Assembly (NCBI GenBank): GCA_040285745.1
Contig: JAUFOR010000002.1
Span: forward strand, 1,798,001 to 1,862,000
Length of the DNA: 64,000 nucleotides
DNA from: Barthelona sp. PCE
Lineage: Eukaryota
Direction: 5' to 3'
The notes beneath the pieces are model-generated. The model saw only the letters and a program-made list of their open reading frames with translations, was not told the DNA's origin and did no database searches. Below are positions 41,443 through 52,395 of the stretch, piece after piece. Made by a program: the position numbers and the translations under genes. Each line of letters begins with the position of its first letter. Within the stretch, counting starts at the first letter, position 1.

Positions 41443-43788
41443 ATGAACATCTTTGATATTGGTTTCGGAGAGGAAGATCCAAAGGAACCCGCACGCCCAA
41501 TGGTACAGCGTGTTCCTATGAAGGGGCATCATGGAATTGTGGGTTTGGTCAATGAGGGGGCCACTTGCTATCTCAACACAGTTTTGCAATGTTTATACAA
41601 TGTTGAGGCCTTTAGGAAGCTCGTATTCAGCTTCAAACCATGTGATTTTGGTCTACCAGATGACTACGATTTTGATTCAGAATTGGAACAAAACCCCAAC
41701 CCTGAATGTTCCCATCCTGTTCTTTTCCAGCTGCAAAAGCTGTTCTGCATGATGCGTCGCAGTGATACATCATACGTATCGGCCATGGATCTTATTAACT
41801 CATTCGGTTGGCCACCACAGGAGAAACTTACCCAACACGATGTTTCTGAATTGTTGATTCTCATATTCGATGGTATCAACCAAGTGATGGGAGAGCGTTC
41901 CCCGATCCACCATATGTTTGATCTTATGACTCGCCGTGTCCGTACATGTGACAAATGTCCAGATCAGAGTATCACTGAGCAGACAACTCGTGATTGGAGA
42001 GTGGACCTCGGTGGGGACTTTACTTCTGCCCTCGAGGCACTGTTCGAGCCAAGTTACATCGATGATGTTGAGTGTAGCGCATGTGGGCAGAACGCCCAGT
42101 ATAAAATGGTGCAGCATCTTGTCCAGTATCCAAACATATTGATTATCACCGTGAATAGGTTCAAGTTCTCCTATGTTACTTTCAATAGGGAGCGCGATGG
42201 CGGACGCTTTGAGTTCCCTCTGGAGTTCACAGCACCCCAGTCGACCATCGGATACAAGCTCAGGTCTGTGTGCGCGCACCAAGGAACACCTAATAGTGGG
42301 CACTACACAGCCTACCTGCGCCCAGAGGATGGTGATATGTGGTACTGCTGTGATGATCGTAACATTCGCACGATCGAGGACTACTCTACTTTGTATCAGG
42401 GGAACCCTGCCGCCTATACCCTGGTATACGAGACGACAGATTGTGCAACGAAGGAGAAATTGGCTGCTTATAATCTGCAGGACGACTGCAGAGTGTTTGA
42501 TAAGCTTATAGAGAGATACAATGCTGATGCTAAGAAGCAGAACGAGGTCTTCAGTCTGCGTATCTCTTCAAGCGATCCCTTCGACTTTAAGGACGTGAAG
42601 TACACGGTGAACACACCGCTTTCTACAGTTCTAGAGGAGCATACTTTGCAAACTCCATTTGTGAGAGGGACCGGTGAGTGGAAACGGTTGGATGTTGATC
42701 CTAGCCTAACACTCGGTGATCTGTATGAGTCAAAGACAGTGATGAACTACGACATTCTGTGCACCATGACAGACGAGGAGTTTGCAGCGCAGCTATCTAC
42801 GGAGATGGAGCCCGAGGAGGAGGAAATCGAGCAGTATCTTCTGGTTCACATTGGTATACCTGGCATTGAAAGCTCAACAGCATTCAGGGTCGATGATGTC
42901 GATTTTGGAATGACCGTAGAAGAGTTTATGAATAAGGTGCTAGACCACCTCGAGTGTCCCAACCATGTTTCACGTGACAGATATAGCGTCCGTCGTGTTG
43001 AGCTATTCGGCGATCCTACTGATCAATTACCGCCAACCGCCGTCCTCTCGGCCATTGTAGAGAACGGAGAGGAGCTCCTTGTTGAGGAGGTGCCATACGC
43101 CCCTAATAAGCAGTGGGTTTGGGTCTATGAGTGTATTTTGCCGTGGGAGATGATCACAACAATCACTGAAGATGGTATTATTTCTGCAGACTACATGCCC
43201 GAGAATCTTAGCATTCAAGGTGTACATGATTTCATTGCTGATAAGTACTCAAGCGGTGGTGTGAGGGGACTATCTGGCTTGTTTCAGATGTTCCCAGATG
43301 CTCCCGATGTGAGTTTCTGTACTCCACAACTACAGCTATTGGACGAAAATCACAAATTTGAGACAGTCGCGTACGGCATCGAGGATTCTTTTATTTCAAC
43401 GCTACACACGCCAAAGAGCGGATTCTCTGACGTTTGTTTGTTCCCGTTTACATTGGATGCTGAAGTAGACAGGTTTGCGTGCATCTTAACACATGCATTT
43501 GGAGTTTATACACTCGTCAATGTTGTTTTTTACAAGGGTACTATCGATAAATCAAAGATTCTGGAGGTGGTGAACATGGAAGGAGAGGTATACCCCTTCG
43601 ACTTGAGCTACATGATGTTTAACAGAGAATGGGCTAGCAGTCCTATCTACGTTGTTTCACCTGTCGGTGATGAAGATCGTGACGGCATCTTCAGAAAGCA
43701 GAGATCAGCAAACGCATCGTCTGCCTTTGTGAAGAGAAATAGAGCACGTAGGACACAACCAGAAACGGCGCTTCGTATTAAGTTTTAG
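41443..43788 (+). CDS. Ubiquitin-specific protease (peptidase C19)
   Basis: Cys box GLVNEGATCYLN, QHDVSE, and His box HQGTPNSGHYTAY...WYCCDD; possible ubiquitin-like segments in the tail. Confidence 0.93.
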   Translation: MNIFDIGFGEEDPKEPARPMVQRVPMKGHHGIVGLVNEGATCYLNTVLQCLYNVEAFRKLVFSFKPCDFGLPDDYDFDSELEQNPNPECSHPVLFQLQKLFCMMRRSDTSYVSAMDLINSFGWPPQEKLTQHDVSELLILIFDGINQVMGERSPIHHMFDLMTRRVRTCDKCPDQSITEQTTRDWRVDLGGDFTSALEALFEPSYIDDVECSACGQNAQYKMVQHLVQYPNILIITVNRFKFSYVTFNRERDGGRFEFPLEFTAPQSTIGYKLRSVCAHQGTPNSGHYTAYLRPEDGDMWYCCDDRNIRTIEDYSTLYQGNPAAYTLVYETTDCATKEKLAAYNLQDDCRVFDKLIERYNADAKKQNEVFSLRISSSDPFDFKDVKYTVNTPLSTVLEEHTLQTPFVRGTGEWKRLDVDPSLTLGDLYESKTVMNYDILCTMTDEEFAAQLSTEMEPEEEEIEQYLLVHIGIPGIESSTAFRVDDVDFGMTVEEFMNKVLDHLECPNHVSRDRYSVRRVELFGDPTDQLPPTAVLSAIVENGEELLVEEVPYAPNKQWVWVYECILPWEMITTITEDGIISADYMPENLSIQGVHDFIADKYSSGGVRGLSGLFQMFPDAPDVSFCTPQLQLLDENHKFETVAYGIEDSFISTLHTPKSGFSDVCLFPFTLDAEVDRFACILTHAFGVYTLVNVVFYKGTIDKSKILEVVNMEGEVYPFDLSYMMFNREWASSPIYVVSPVGDEDRDGIFRKQRSANASSAFVKRNRARRTQPETALRIKF

Positions 43789-43827
43789 TTTGTTGGAGTG
43801 CATCCCGGCAATGAACAGAAAATAAAC

Positions 43828-45705
43828 TTATTGAGATCCAAACAGCTGAAATGAAGAAAAGGAGGTAATTTCACATTCAGTTAAGAAGTCAATAACATTC
43901 AAGCTCTCGCTACTAATATCACACTCGTCATCGCTTACGGTCAATGTGTATATCTCTACATTGAATTTCTCCACTGGTGTCATCCACATGGCGACACCGT
44001 TCTTCGGAGAAATTAAGTTACCCCTGAACACAGGAACATTCCTATCATTTATGATGGCAAGTGAGTTAAATTCATACACTTTGTCATGGTATACCAATAA
44101 TCCCTCGTCCAAAAAGCAGTGATAAGCTTCTGGCTCAAACTTAATTTCATGAAAGCAGAATGCATCCTCATCTTTGTCTGGATCGCATCGTACAACCATT
44201 GCACTGTTGAATTGAAACACAATACATTCATAAGGACAGTAAGGGTTAGCGCTCACAGTTGCAGACCCATCAAAGGAGTGCTGCATCTTTCTCGTGATTT
44301 CACCTGTCTCCTCGCTCAGCATAAGCAATGTTAAGGCGTGTCTGTTCTCCATGTACCACGCGTAGTTCCCAACTAGTCTAAGATTTTCGATAAGATTTGC
44401 ATCAAGAGCATTTGCATTGACATCAACACTGTAACCTCGTTCATAAGAAACACTGTAGTGAATGTCACTGGCTGAGATTGCATCAATTTCAGCGTTTCTT
44501 CTCAGTCTGAATTTTGCAACTTGTTCATTATCAACATAAAAAAAGCAATTCGTTTTATAGATGGTAAGAAAACCAATGTGCCATTTTTGGTCACCAATAC
44601 TATAGAAACGGTGAACTTTATGTATCCTATGCTTATGAAAGCTTCCAGAATTCTTTAACAAAATGACTGAACCATCAAACAAATTTGGAATAATTGGATA
44701 CTTCTTCAGTCTTTCAACACTATCAATTATTCCAGTAAACAATCTTAATGAATCATCTTCAAGTATAAACATGCACTTGACTAAATGCTTACACATCTGA
44801 AAAAATCTGGTTGAGCCACTTTTCTGATCATACTCAGTACAGTAGATATCTCCTTCTAGTGATACAAAGTCCCATTCCTCACATAAAACATCAGAATCGT
44901 ACTTCTGTGCACTGGGGTGAGGTACACATACATTCAACACGTGGGCAATTTCTTTGTGATGGCTCGAAAACTTTGGGCACTTATAATCCAGTGTTGTTGT
45001 TGAAATATTATTACCTTCTTCTGCTGAAACAGTGTGTATTTTCTTCCCATGCTGTAAAATTATGTGACTTTTCCCAGGTGTAACGTTCAAAGCAAAATAC
45101 CGAATACCGACTAGAGCGTGATCATCCGTTAAGAATGGAACGCCTTCATCTGTGAATGAAAACACCTCCATCCAAATGACAGAGTGTGGGTCTCCCATCA
45201 CCATTAGGTAAGGCAAGTCTTGATGTACAAAATATTTGAACAAGACATAGTCATAATCCACATAAAAGACAAGCTTGTTGTCATTGCCCAAATCAAATAT
45301 ATCTATGGATGATTGATTGCGCCCTATCTTTTTTTGATTGACCAAAAACCGTTCTGTCAGCATACAACCTTTTTTGTGTTGCAAATTCAACTCATGACGG
45401 TCAATAAATACAAATTCACCGTTAATAAACTCAAACAGCTCAATGACAGACCGTGCGTCAGAAATACATATTGATCTGTAGAAAAATTTTGGATTAAGTA
45501 GAGTTGGCTTCAACTGCGAAAATTTTCTTTCTGAAGATTGCAAAGCAGCTTCATCTATGGGGCCATGTATTATCAACTTATCATGCTTTTCCATTAAGCA
45601 TATTTTTTTGTTGTTACGAGACTCAATAGTGCTGCTGAAAATGAATTTGTCAGAATAATTGCAAACAGTAAAGTTCTGTGAAACATTATGTATTGAACGT
45701 GGCAT
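43828..45705 (-). CDS. Uncharacterised ~625-aa beta-rich family, member 2
   Basis: 625 aa; shares motif blocks with members 1 and 3. Confidence 0.8.
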   Translation of the reverse strand: MPRSIHNVSQNFTVCNYSDKFIFSSTIESRNNKKICLMEKHDKLIIHGPIDEAALQSSERKFSQLKPTLLNPKFFYRSICISDARSVIELFEFINGEFVFIDRHELNLQHKKGCMLTERFLVNQKKIGRNQSSIDIFDLGNDNKLVFYVDYDYVLFKYFVHQDLPYLMVMGDPHSVIWMEVFSFTDEGVPFLTDDHALVGIRYFALNVTPGKSHIILQHGKKIHTVSAEEGNNISTTTLDYKCPKFSSHHKEIAHVLNVCVPHPSAQKYDSDVLCEEWDFVSLEGDIYCTEYDQKSGSTRFFQMCKHLVKCMFILEDDSLRLFTGIIDSVERLKKYPIIPNLFDGSVILLKNSGSFHKHRIHKVHRFYSIGDQKWHIGFLTIYKTNCFFYVDNEQVAKFRLRRNAEIDAISASDIHYSVSYERGYSVDVNANALDANLIENLRLVGNYAWYMENRHALTLLMLSEETGEITRKMQHSFDGSATVSANPYCPYECIVFQFNSAMVVRCDPDKDEDAFCFHEIKFEPEAYHCFLDEGLLVYHDKVYEFNSLAIINDRNVPVFRGNLISPKNGVAMWMTPVEKFNVEIYTLTVSDDECDISSESLNVIDFLTECEITSFSSFQLFGSQ

Positions 45706-46071
45706 TGTTTTGGATTAAAGTGACATTTTCCAAAAGTTTGGGTGAAAGAGGTGGAATACTGTGAAACAGCTCATACATTTGTTGTTTATGTTACAGTAAT
45801 TTTGAGTCCATGCGCATAAGATAATGATTGAATAGTATCCTCTGATAATATTGAAATATCGGTATTCACCAAATTTCAAGGTTTCAATTAGAATATAGAA
45901 TCTTTGAATTCGCCTGGTCACTGAGATCCATATAAGGATAAAAGCACTGTAAAAACCCCACAGTATTATTTTTTGGAACAAAGTGTACTTTGCAAAAGTG
46001 TTAGAAAATTTTCTTCCCGTTTTTTAAGTTTATTTCACATACTTTTTAATAATCCGACAATTCAATTTTCA

Positions 46072-47151
46072 ATGTCTTTGGTGACATCATTCAATTCATT
46101 CATTTCTACATTTGGGTATGGCGGTCACATATATGTCCTTCCAATTTTGATTATTCTAGCAATGCTTGCTGCAGGAAGCGGTCTTGGAGGCGGCGTCGTG
46201 TACTTATCCATATTGGAAGTGTTTTTGGGGTTACAGGAACATGAATCTGTTCCAATTTCTAAAGCCATTATCATGGGTGGTACTCTTATTGTTTTAATCA
46301 TCAATGTCCGTAAGAGACACCCAGATAACGGTAGATCACTGATATATTTCGATGCATTCTTCCTTATGGAACCATTGACAGTTGTCGGTACAGAATTTGG
46401 TGTAATGCTCAATGAATGGCTTCCAGTTATTGTGCTGAGATGGATTCTCGTTGTAGTCCTGGCGTATGTTTTATACTCACAGTTTAAGAAGGCAATCCGT
46501 GTGTTCAAAACAGAGAGTAAGAGTGCTAGTTACGAAAAGCTATTACCAAATAAGATTTATAACATTAGGGATACGTTCCCACTGGTAGATTTTTTGCTTT
46601 TTGTTGTTTTTTGGATCATTTTTCTTGTTTTGAGCATTATGATTGATTTCAATGTGATGGATCCTGCCATTTTCCAGGTATTAAAGGTTGTACTTGCCCT
46701 CATTTTTACACTTGTCTTTCACCTTCGTGTTCTCAAACGCACTGATGATTCATTGCTGGAGGGGGGTAATCTTATCAAATTCGGTTTGCTCGCTATTTTA
46801 GCTGGTATTGTTGCATCATCTATTGGCCTTGGCGGCGGTGTTGTGAAGGTACCCGCGCTTTCAATGCTGGGCAAGGATATTCTCACTGTAACATCCACAT
46901 CAAGTGCAATGATTTTTTTCACAGCCAGCAGTTCTTCTATTCAGTATCTTGCAACACATGCCATTGACTTGAAAAAACTCGTGTTTCATGCAGTTATTGG
47001 GTTTTTAAGTTTCTTTTTAGGCAAGACCGTGATTGATCGTATCATCAAAAAGACGGGTCATCGTTCTTATGCACTTTTTGCACTTTCAACTCTCATTTTC
47101 ATTGGATTTATTCTCATTTTCAGATCAGCAATCATGCTTTCACTTGAATAA
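46072..47151 (+). CDS. TauE/SafE sulfite exporter family membrane protein
   Basis: Duplicated GLGGG motifs (GSGLGGGVV and SIGLGGGVVKVP), RHP...LIYFD and TSSAMIFFT; ATG at 46072. Confidence 0.87.
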   Translation: MSLVTSFNSFISTFGYGGHIYVLPILIILAMLAAGSGLGGGVVYLSILEVFLGLQEHESVPISKAIIMGGTLIVLIINVRKRHPDNGRSLIYFDAFFLMEPLTVVGTEFGVMLNEWLPVIVLRWILVVVLAYVLYSQFKKAIRVFKTESKSASYEKLLPNKIYNIRDTFPLVDFLLFVVFWIIFLVLSIMIDFNVMDPAIFQVLKVVLALIFTLVFHLRVLKRTDDSLLEGGNLIKFGLLAILAGIVASSIGLGGGVVKVPALSMLGKDILTVTSTSSAMIFFTASSSSIQYLATHAIDLKKLVFHAVIGFLSFFLGKTVIDRIIKKTGHRSYALFALSTLIFIGFILIFRSAIMLSLE

Positions 47152-47160
47152 ATTGTAGCT

Positions 47161-49047
47161 TTAACAAAATGTGTAACAACAAACGTCACAGTTTGAAAGG
47201 TATTGAACAATATCAATTTCTTCAAAAATTTCTTCAAAATCAGTGAAACCATCGTTGAATGTCATTGTATTCATTTCAACCTTGTAGTTGGTCATTTCTC
47301 TCTTGTAACTTACAATATGGCCAAGTTTTGGTGATGTATTGATCCTATTTAGACGATTTAAATACTTTGGCAACTTTAACACTGTAATATTATCGATATC
47401 ATTCAAATTATACAGTTTATCTCTGTATACAACAATTCCTACATCAACAAAAAAAGGCATAACGTTGTTAGTACCCTTAAATAAAGGCTTGTATTCAATA
47501 ACTCCATCATCATAGATTCTAACAAACAAAAAATCTTGATGTTCAGAATCACCAAAAACAATTATTGCTTCAGGAAAAACGTAAACATTGCAAATGATGT
47601 TGCATATGTTTGACTGAAACATTATTCTCTTCCGATTAAGAACGCTGCCATCTTCGTTTAACTCAAGAAAACGCAAAGTGTTGACTTCTTCAGCAAACCA
47701 CAAATAGTTTCCACTGAGTGATATAGATATGAATTGACAAGTTCCCACGTAATGATTACAAACAAACAAATCATAGCTTAAATGATCATTGCTCCTAATA
47801 AAAATTGAGTGTTTGTCGTTGCAAGCAGCAGGTAAATACGCAAAGTTATCCCCATCATTTTCGTATTTGGCATATTTCATGGTTTCTTTCCCATCTATAT
47901 AAATAATATACATATCATCCTCCTCATCCGTAATGCAACACGTTCCCCATTCTTGTGTGGTTTCTTTATAAAAAGGCACGGTTTTTCTGATCAACTGCAT
48001 AAATTTCAGTGGGCGAAGCGGATGTACGATGAAAAGTTTGTTGTTGAGAAAGCTCCACATTATTCTACGCATACAAGAGTACTGTTTGGGAATATGTTGT
48101 CCGATAATACTCTTCTTATGCAATGAAAACATACCTCGTAATTCACTTTTTAGTATTGGAAAGAACAATGTTCGCCTGTTTTCTTTGCGATCAACGTAAT
48201 GAATCGCACCGTTGATGTAAATGAACCTCCACAGTGCGCAGCGGATGTCTAGATCATTATCTGCAATAAAGTATGGTGATCTCAATACAGTGTCGTGTAT
48301 ACGATAAATCACAACAGCATAATGCATACCATCAGATAATAATTCAGCACTAAAGGTGATTGGGGTCGTCACTACCTTACCAAACTCAGCATAGCATGTA
48401 AAATATTCCTGGCCTTGTTTCAGTATAAAGTGATTATCACCAGGGGTCCTGTCAATTCCATGGTAACTCACATTCATGAGACAATGTTCGCTGAATATGT
48501 ATGGCATTCCAAGTTCATCAAATAAAATCTGTTCCTTAATTAGCTTTGCTTTGGGATCGAAAAAGTATATTTTATCGTTTTGAGCCATGATACGGTTGGG
48601 AACATCACTGTTCATAGTTAATGGTAGATTATGTAACTGCATAGTTCTCAAATCAAGAAATGAGTATTCTTCATTTGTTACAAGAAAAATATTCTCATTA
48701 AGAAGTGTTCCATGTCTTGCACCTGTTTTTGAACAGTCATATCTTCCCAACTCAACAAATTCCTCATGCATATATAAAAATAACTCAATCGCAAGTAGAT
48801 GGGATTCAATGTATTCATATCGAAAAAACAGCGATCGATCCAGTATAGAAGAGAACATTCCAGAGGTCTTAGTACGTTGAAAAGATGGGGTCATTGGAGG
48901 AGGCCCGTGGAATACTCCTTCATCAAACTTTGTGAAGCACTGAAAGCTTCTTGTATTCAATTCGTTATTGCTGGAGCTCACAATAAGCCATTCTCCAAAG
49001 TGAGCATATGAGAATTGTTCAGAATGATTGAAAGTGGGACGAGGCAT
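47161..49047 (-). CDS. Uncharacterised ~625-aa beta-rich family, member 3
   Basis: 628 aa; shares motif blocks with members 1 and 2. Confidence 0.8.
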   Translation of the reverse strand: MPRPTFNHSEQFSYAHFGEWLIVSSSNNELNTRSFQCFTKFDEGVFHGPPPMTPSFQRTKTSGMFSSILDRSLFFRYEYIESHLLAIELFLYMHEEFVELGRYDCSKTGARHGTLLNENIFLVTNEEYSFLDLRTMQLHNLPLTMNSDVPNRIMAQNDKIYFFDPKAKLIKEQILFDELGMPYIFSEHCLMNVSYHGIDRTPGDNHFILKQGQEYFTCYAEFGKVVTTPITFSAELLSDGMHYAVVIYRIHDTVLRSPYFIADNDLDIRCALWRFIYINGAIHYVDRKENRRTLFFPILKSELRGMFSLHKKSIIGQHIPKQYSCMRRIMWSFLNNKLFIVHPLRPLKFMQLIRKTVPFYKETTQEWGTCCITDEEDDMYIIYIDGKETMKYAKYENDGDNFAYLPAACNDKHSIFIRSNDHLSYDLFVCNHYVGTCQFISISLSGNYLWFAEEVNTLRFLELNEDGSVLNRKRIMFQSNICNIICNVYVFPEAIIVFGDSEHQDFLFVRIYDDGVIEYKPLFKGTNNVMPFFVDVGIVVYRDKLYNLNDIDNITVLKLPKYLNRLNRINTSPKLGHIVSYKREMTNYKVEMNTMTFNDGFTDFEEIFEEIDIVQYLSNCDVCCYTFC

Positions 49048-49227
49048 AAATAAAGTAAAAAAATGAACCCTTTGTACAATTTCTAATCAATAAAGTGAAC
49101 CCAATAGTTGAAAAAAATCAACAAAATTGTGTACTTAGAAGCAAAAATAGCTACAAATAGGGTAAAAGGAAGTATAATCGCTTTTATTTTCTTTTTCTTT
49201 TTTTTGAAGTCATTTAGAACGCATAAG

Positions 49228-50463
49228 ATGTCGGGATTACCAGAATTAGAACAAAAAAGTAAGGGAGAACCTCCAATGAAGGTACAAAGAGTTACTAAGG
49301 AAGATTCACTTGATAGCAAGACAGAAGAGGGATCAAGCACTGGAAGCTCACACAGCAAGGGCTTAAAGAAGGTAGGTTTTGTCTTATCTTTCATTGGTCA
49401 AGATTATCATGGTTCTGCAGTGCAAAAAGATGTACCCACAATTGAGGGTGAATTTTTCAAGGCACTCAGAGAGATTGGCGTATTTTATAAGGATGAAGTC
49501 AAGCCTTCTCATTTCAGAAAGTTTTCTCGCGCTTCTCGTGTTGATAAGGGTGTTAATTCAGTTGGTTTCTTTGTCTCTATGCGCTGCATATTGCCAGAAA
49601 ACCCTGTTGAGCTAATTAATGAACATCTACCAGACTGCATTCGCTTGTTGAGGATCATGGCTGTTTCTAAAGGCCTAGACTCTCGTCGTAACGCCGACTC
49701 CAGGCTATACTCATATATCGTACCCTGTTATATCCTGAAGCGCGCACCCGATGAGGTTTTGAACTACGACGGTCCAGGAATGTCGTCTGATATTTGGGAG
49801 CAGCCAAAGTATGTTAATTTCTACGAGGACACATTTACAGATGAGGATTTCGAACGTTTAGTAAGACTATCAAAGACTTTCCCAGGGAATCGTAACTTTT
49901 GGAATTTTTCTTCTGGAATGCCTTATTCAGATGTTAAAGCACGTCGGATTCTTATGGATTTCCACCCAGAAAAGATTATCACAATCAATGATGTGCGTTA
50001 TGTTCAGATGAGAATATATGGTAAGAGCTTCGTTCTAGCTCAAATTAGAAAGATGATGTCCATGCTCATTGCGATGTTCCGCGGCATAGCGCCTGAAAAT
50101 GTTGTTCAATATTGTGTTGATCGATACAAAATGAATATTGCTCGTGCTCCAGGTGAGTTTTTATGCTTAGATTTGGTCAAATTCGACGAATATGTTGAGA
50201 ATGTCATTGCTCACGGTGGCGGTGAACGTGAATTTGCTATTTATGATGATGATTTTTTTGCAAAACAAGCTGAGTTTAAAGAGACAGTTCTTCTACCACA
50301 TATGGCAAAGGTTGAGGCTGATCAAGAGATTATGAAGAACTGGGTTCAGAATTTAGATGGGCGTTGGTTCTTTACTGACTGCAAGACGATTGATGATACC
50401 AAGAACAGAATGACTGAGGAGAGGAAAAAGAGAACAATAACTATCAATATGGACGATTTGTAA
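49228..50463 (+). CDS. tRNA pseudouridine synthase, TruA family (Pus1-like)
   Basis: GQDYHG, TIEGE, RASRVDKGV (catalytic Asp), SRLYSY, NFWNFS and GKSFVLAQIRKM; ATG at 49228. Confidence 0.92.
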   Translation: MSGLPELEQKSKGEPPMKVQRVTKEDSLDSKTEEGSSTGSSHSKGLKKVGFVLSFIGQDYHGSAVQKDVPTIEGEFFKALREIGVFYKDEVKPSHFRKFSRASRVDKGVNSVGFFVSMRCILPENPVELINEHLPDCIRLLRIMAVSKGLDSRRNADSRLYSYIVPCYILKRAPDEVLNYDGPGMSSDIWEQPKYVNFYEDTFTDEDFERLVRLSKTFPGNRNFWNFSSGMPYSDVKARRILMDFHPEKIITINDVRYVQMRIYGKSFVLAQIRKMMSMLIAMFRGIAPENVVQYCVDRYKMNIARAPGEFLCLDLVKFDEYVENVIAHGGGEREFAIYDDDFFAKQAEFKETVLLPHMAKVEADQEIMKNWVQNLDGRWFFTDCKTIDDTKNRMTEERKKRTITINMDDL

Positions 50464-50514
50464 AGTAGTTGACATCAAATGAATTTGTTTAAAGATAATT
50501 AACCCATATCAAAA

Positions 50515-51123
50515 ATGAAGTTCTTGTTACTTCTTTCAGTTATTATTTTGGTCACTGCCAGCAAGAAGGCTGTCGTTACTGACAAGGTCTATATGGACAT
50601 TGGAGTCGGTGATGAAGTCTACCGTGTTAAATTAGGTTTGTTTGGTGAAATCGTACCTAAGACTGTTTCTAACTTCCGAGCCTTGATCACCGGTGAGTTT
50701 GTCGAGGAAAATGAGCTCTTAACTTACAAGAACTCAATCTTCCACAGAATTATTCCTGGTTTTGTTCTTCAAGTTGGTGATCTTCACACCAGAGTTGTTG
50801 ACGGTGTATTGGATTCAAAGCGCCCTCTTGGTACAGGTGGTGCTTCTATTTTTGGAGATCGTTTCGATGATGAGAACTTCTCCATTAAGCACAAACGTAA
50901 AGGTCTTCTGAGTATGGCTAATTCTGGACCCGGAACTAACGGATCCCAGGTGTTTTTGACCCTTGCACCATTCCCTCATCTTGATAACAAGCATGTTGTC
51001 TTTGGTACTGTTTTGGATAAGAAGTCGATGGAGATCGTTGAGATGCTTTCTAAAGTCGAGACTGATAGCAAGGACCAGCCCATCGAGCACGTTGTTGTTG
51101 TTGGTTGTGGTTTACTTGAATAA
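50515..51123 (+). CDS. Cyclophilin-type PPIase with signal peptide (cyclophilin B-like)
   Basis: Signal peptide; VTDKVYMDI, FHRIIPGF, LSMANSGPGTNGSQ and HLDNKHVVFG. Confidence 0.93.
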   Translation: MKFLLLLSVIILVTASKKAVVTDKVYMDIGVGDEVYRVKLGLFGEIVPKTVSNFRALITGEFVEENELLTYKNSIFHRIIPGFVLQVGDLHTRVVDGVLDSKRPLGTGGASIFGDRFDDENFSIKHKRKGLLSMANSGPGTNGSQVFLTLAPFPHLDNKHVVFGTVLDKKSMEIVEMLSKVETDSKDQPIEHVVVVGCGLLE

Positions 51124-51164
51124 ACTTTTAAATGTATTGTATTAATATTTACTCGAGCTATTCA

Positions 51165-51857
51165 TTATTCTTTCCTGGGAATTGCTTTTCTGATCTTGGA
51201 TACCCACTCCTGCATCTCTTCCTCTGAGTTTGCATACATATAATAAACGCTCTGCAATGGAGTGTTAACCAAAAACGAATATTCATAATCAATACGCAGG
51301 TAGTTTCTTGCACGATCTGTTAGTATCTCCACCCTGGTCTTGGGGGTGAGCATGATTGTTTTCTTCTCTTTAACATCTAATTGACTCTTGTAATACTTGA
51401 TTTCGCTATTCTTGAGGACAAAGTACCTTCTGCGCCATGATTTGATAAAGTGGCCCTGCTTTGTCAGGAAGCCACGGTGCTCAACCTTAGAAGGATCGAT
51501 ATTAGGGTTCTCTAAGTCCACAGATTCAGTTGTGATCTTTCTTGCAAAGTTATAAGGGAAAAGAGCAATACGGCCGTTGAGACGGCCCTTCCACATGCCA
51601 GATGGGTGCTTTGCAAGCAGTTCAATATGATCACCCTTCTTGAATGACAGTTCATTCGCTGTTCGTGCATTGAAGTCATACAAACACTCCAAGGTGATTT
51701 TGTCTGCTTCGTCATCCTCATCTTTTGCGTTTGGTTGACTTTCTTCGACTGTGTTGGTGACAAATGTTTCTAAGTCTACTTCTGCCTTTGGTTCTTCAAC
51801 TACAGCTTCTGATGGCATCTCAATATGCACCTGTGACGTTTCCGTCGCCTCACTCAT
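51165..51857 (-). CDS. SH3 + PH domain protein
   Basis: SH3: LYDF...ELSFKKGD...GMWKG...LFPYNF. PH: GFLTKQGHFIKSWRRRYFVL...EEMQEWVSKI. ATG at 51857. Confidence 0.92.
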   Translation of the reverse strand: MSEATETSQVHIEMPSEAVVEEPKAEVDLETFVTNTVEESQPNAKDEDDEADKITLECLYDFNARTANELSFKKGDHIELLAKHPSGMWKGRLNGRIALFPYNFARKITTESVDLENPNIDPSKVEHRGFLTKQGHFIKSWRRRYFVLKNSEIKYYKSQLDVKEKKTIMLTPKTRVEILTDRARNYLRIDYEYSFLVNTPLQSVYYMYANSEEEMQEWVSKIRKAIPRKE

Positions 51858-52395
51858 TTTGATAGGGATGAAAAATAAATTGTCGACTGAATATTGCATC
51901 TACTCTTTTAATTGTGATCAAGTGTGCTTATTTTCAGACAAATGTTCATTTAAGTTGTACTCAGTGAGAATAAATATCTAAAATAATCACCTGCATAAAA
52001 AATTTGAAGCATGAAGCTGTTAATTCAATTGTTCTACACATCATTGAGATGCACAGATTATATAAAATTCCTGTAAGAGGAGACAATACTGTAAAAACAC
52101 TGGAATTGCAGAAAATGAATTTGTACCAGATTTGTGAAACCTTCAGTTCGTCAACATAATTTGCCAGCATAGAGTTTTAGTTCGGTTTTATCGATATAAC
52201 AATTGAATAAAATAAGATAATACGTAAGATTAGCAAGTTTGAGATTTTTAATCATATGTGAGATTTAAGCACATTCTGTTTGTTGAAACAACACGTTCCT
52301 TTATCCCAGTATGCCATTCTTAGACATACGTCCTTTCATTTGAGTGACTGTGTTGTGTTTTTCGTTTTCTCTCCATTCTTAAGTTTAACTCAGAA

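Noticed and set aside
51915-51930. GATCAAGTGTG resembling U2 snRNA
   Set aside because: It lacks the GTAGTA branch-pairing sequence and the flanking stems.
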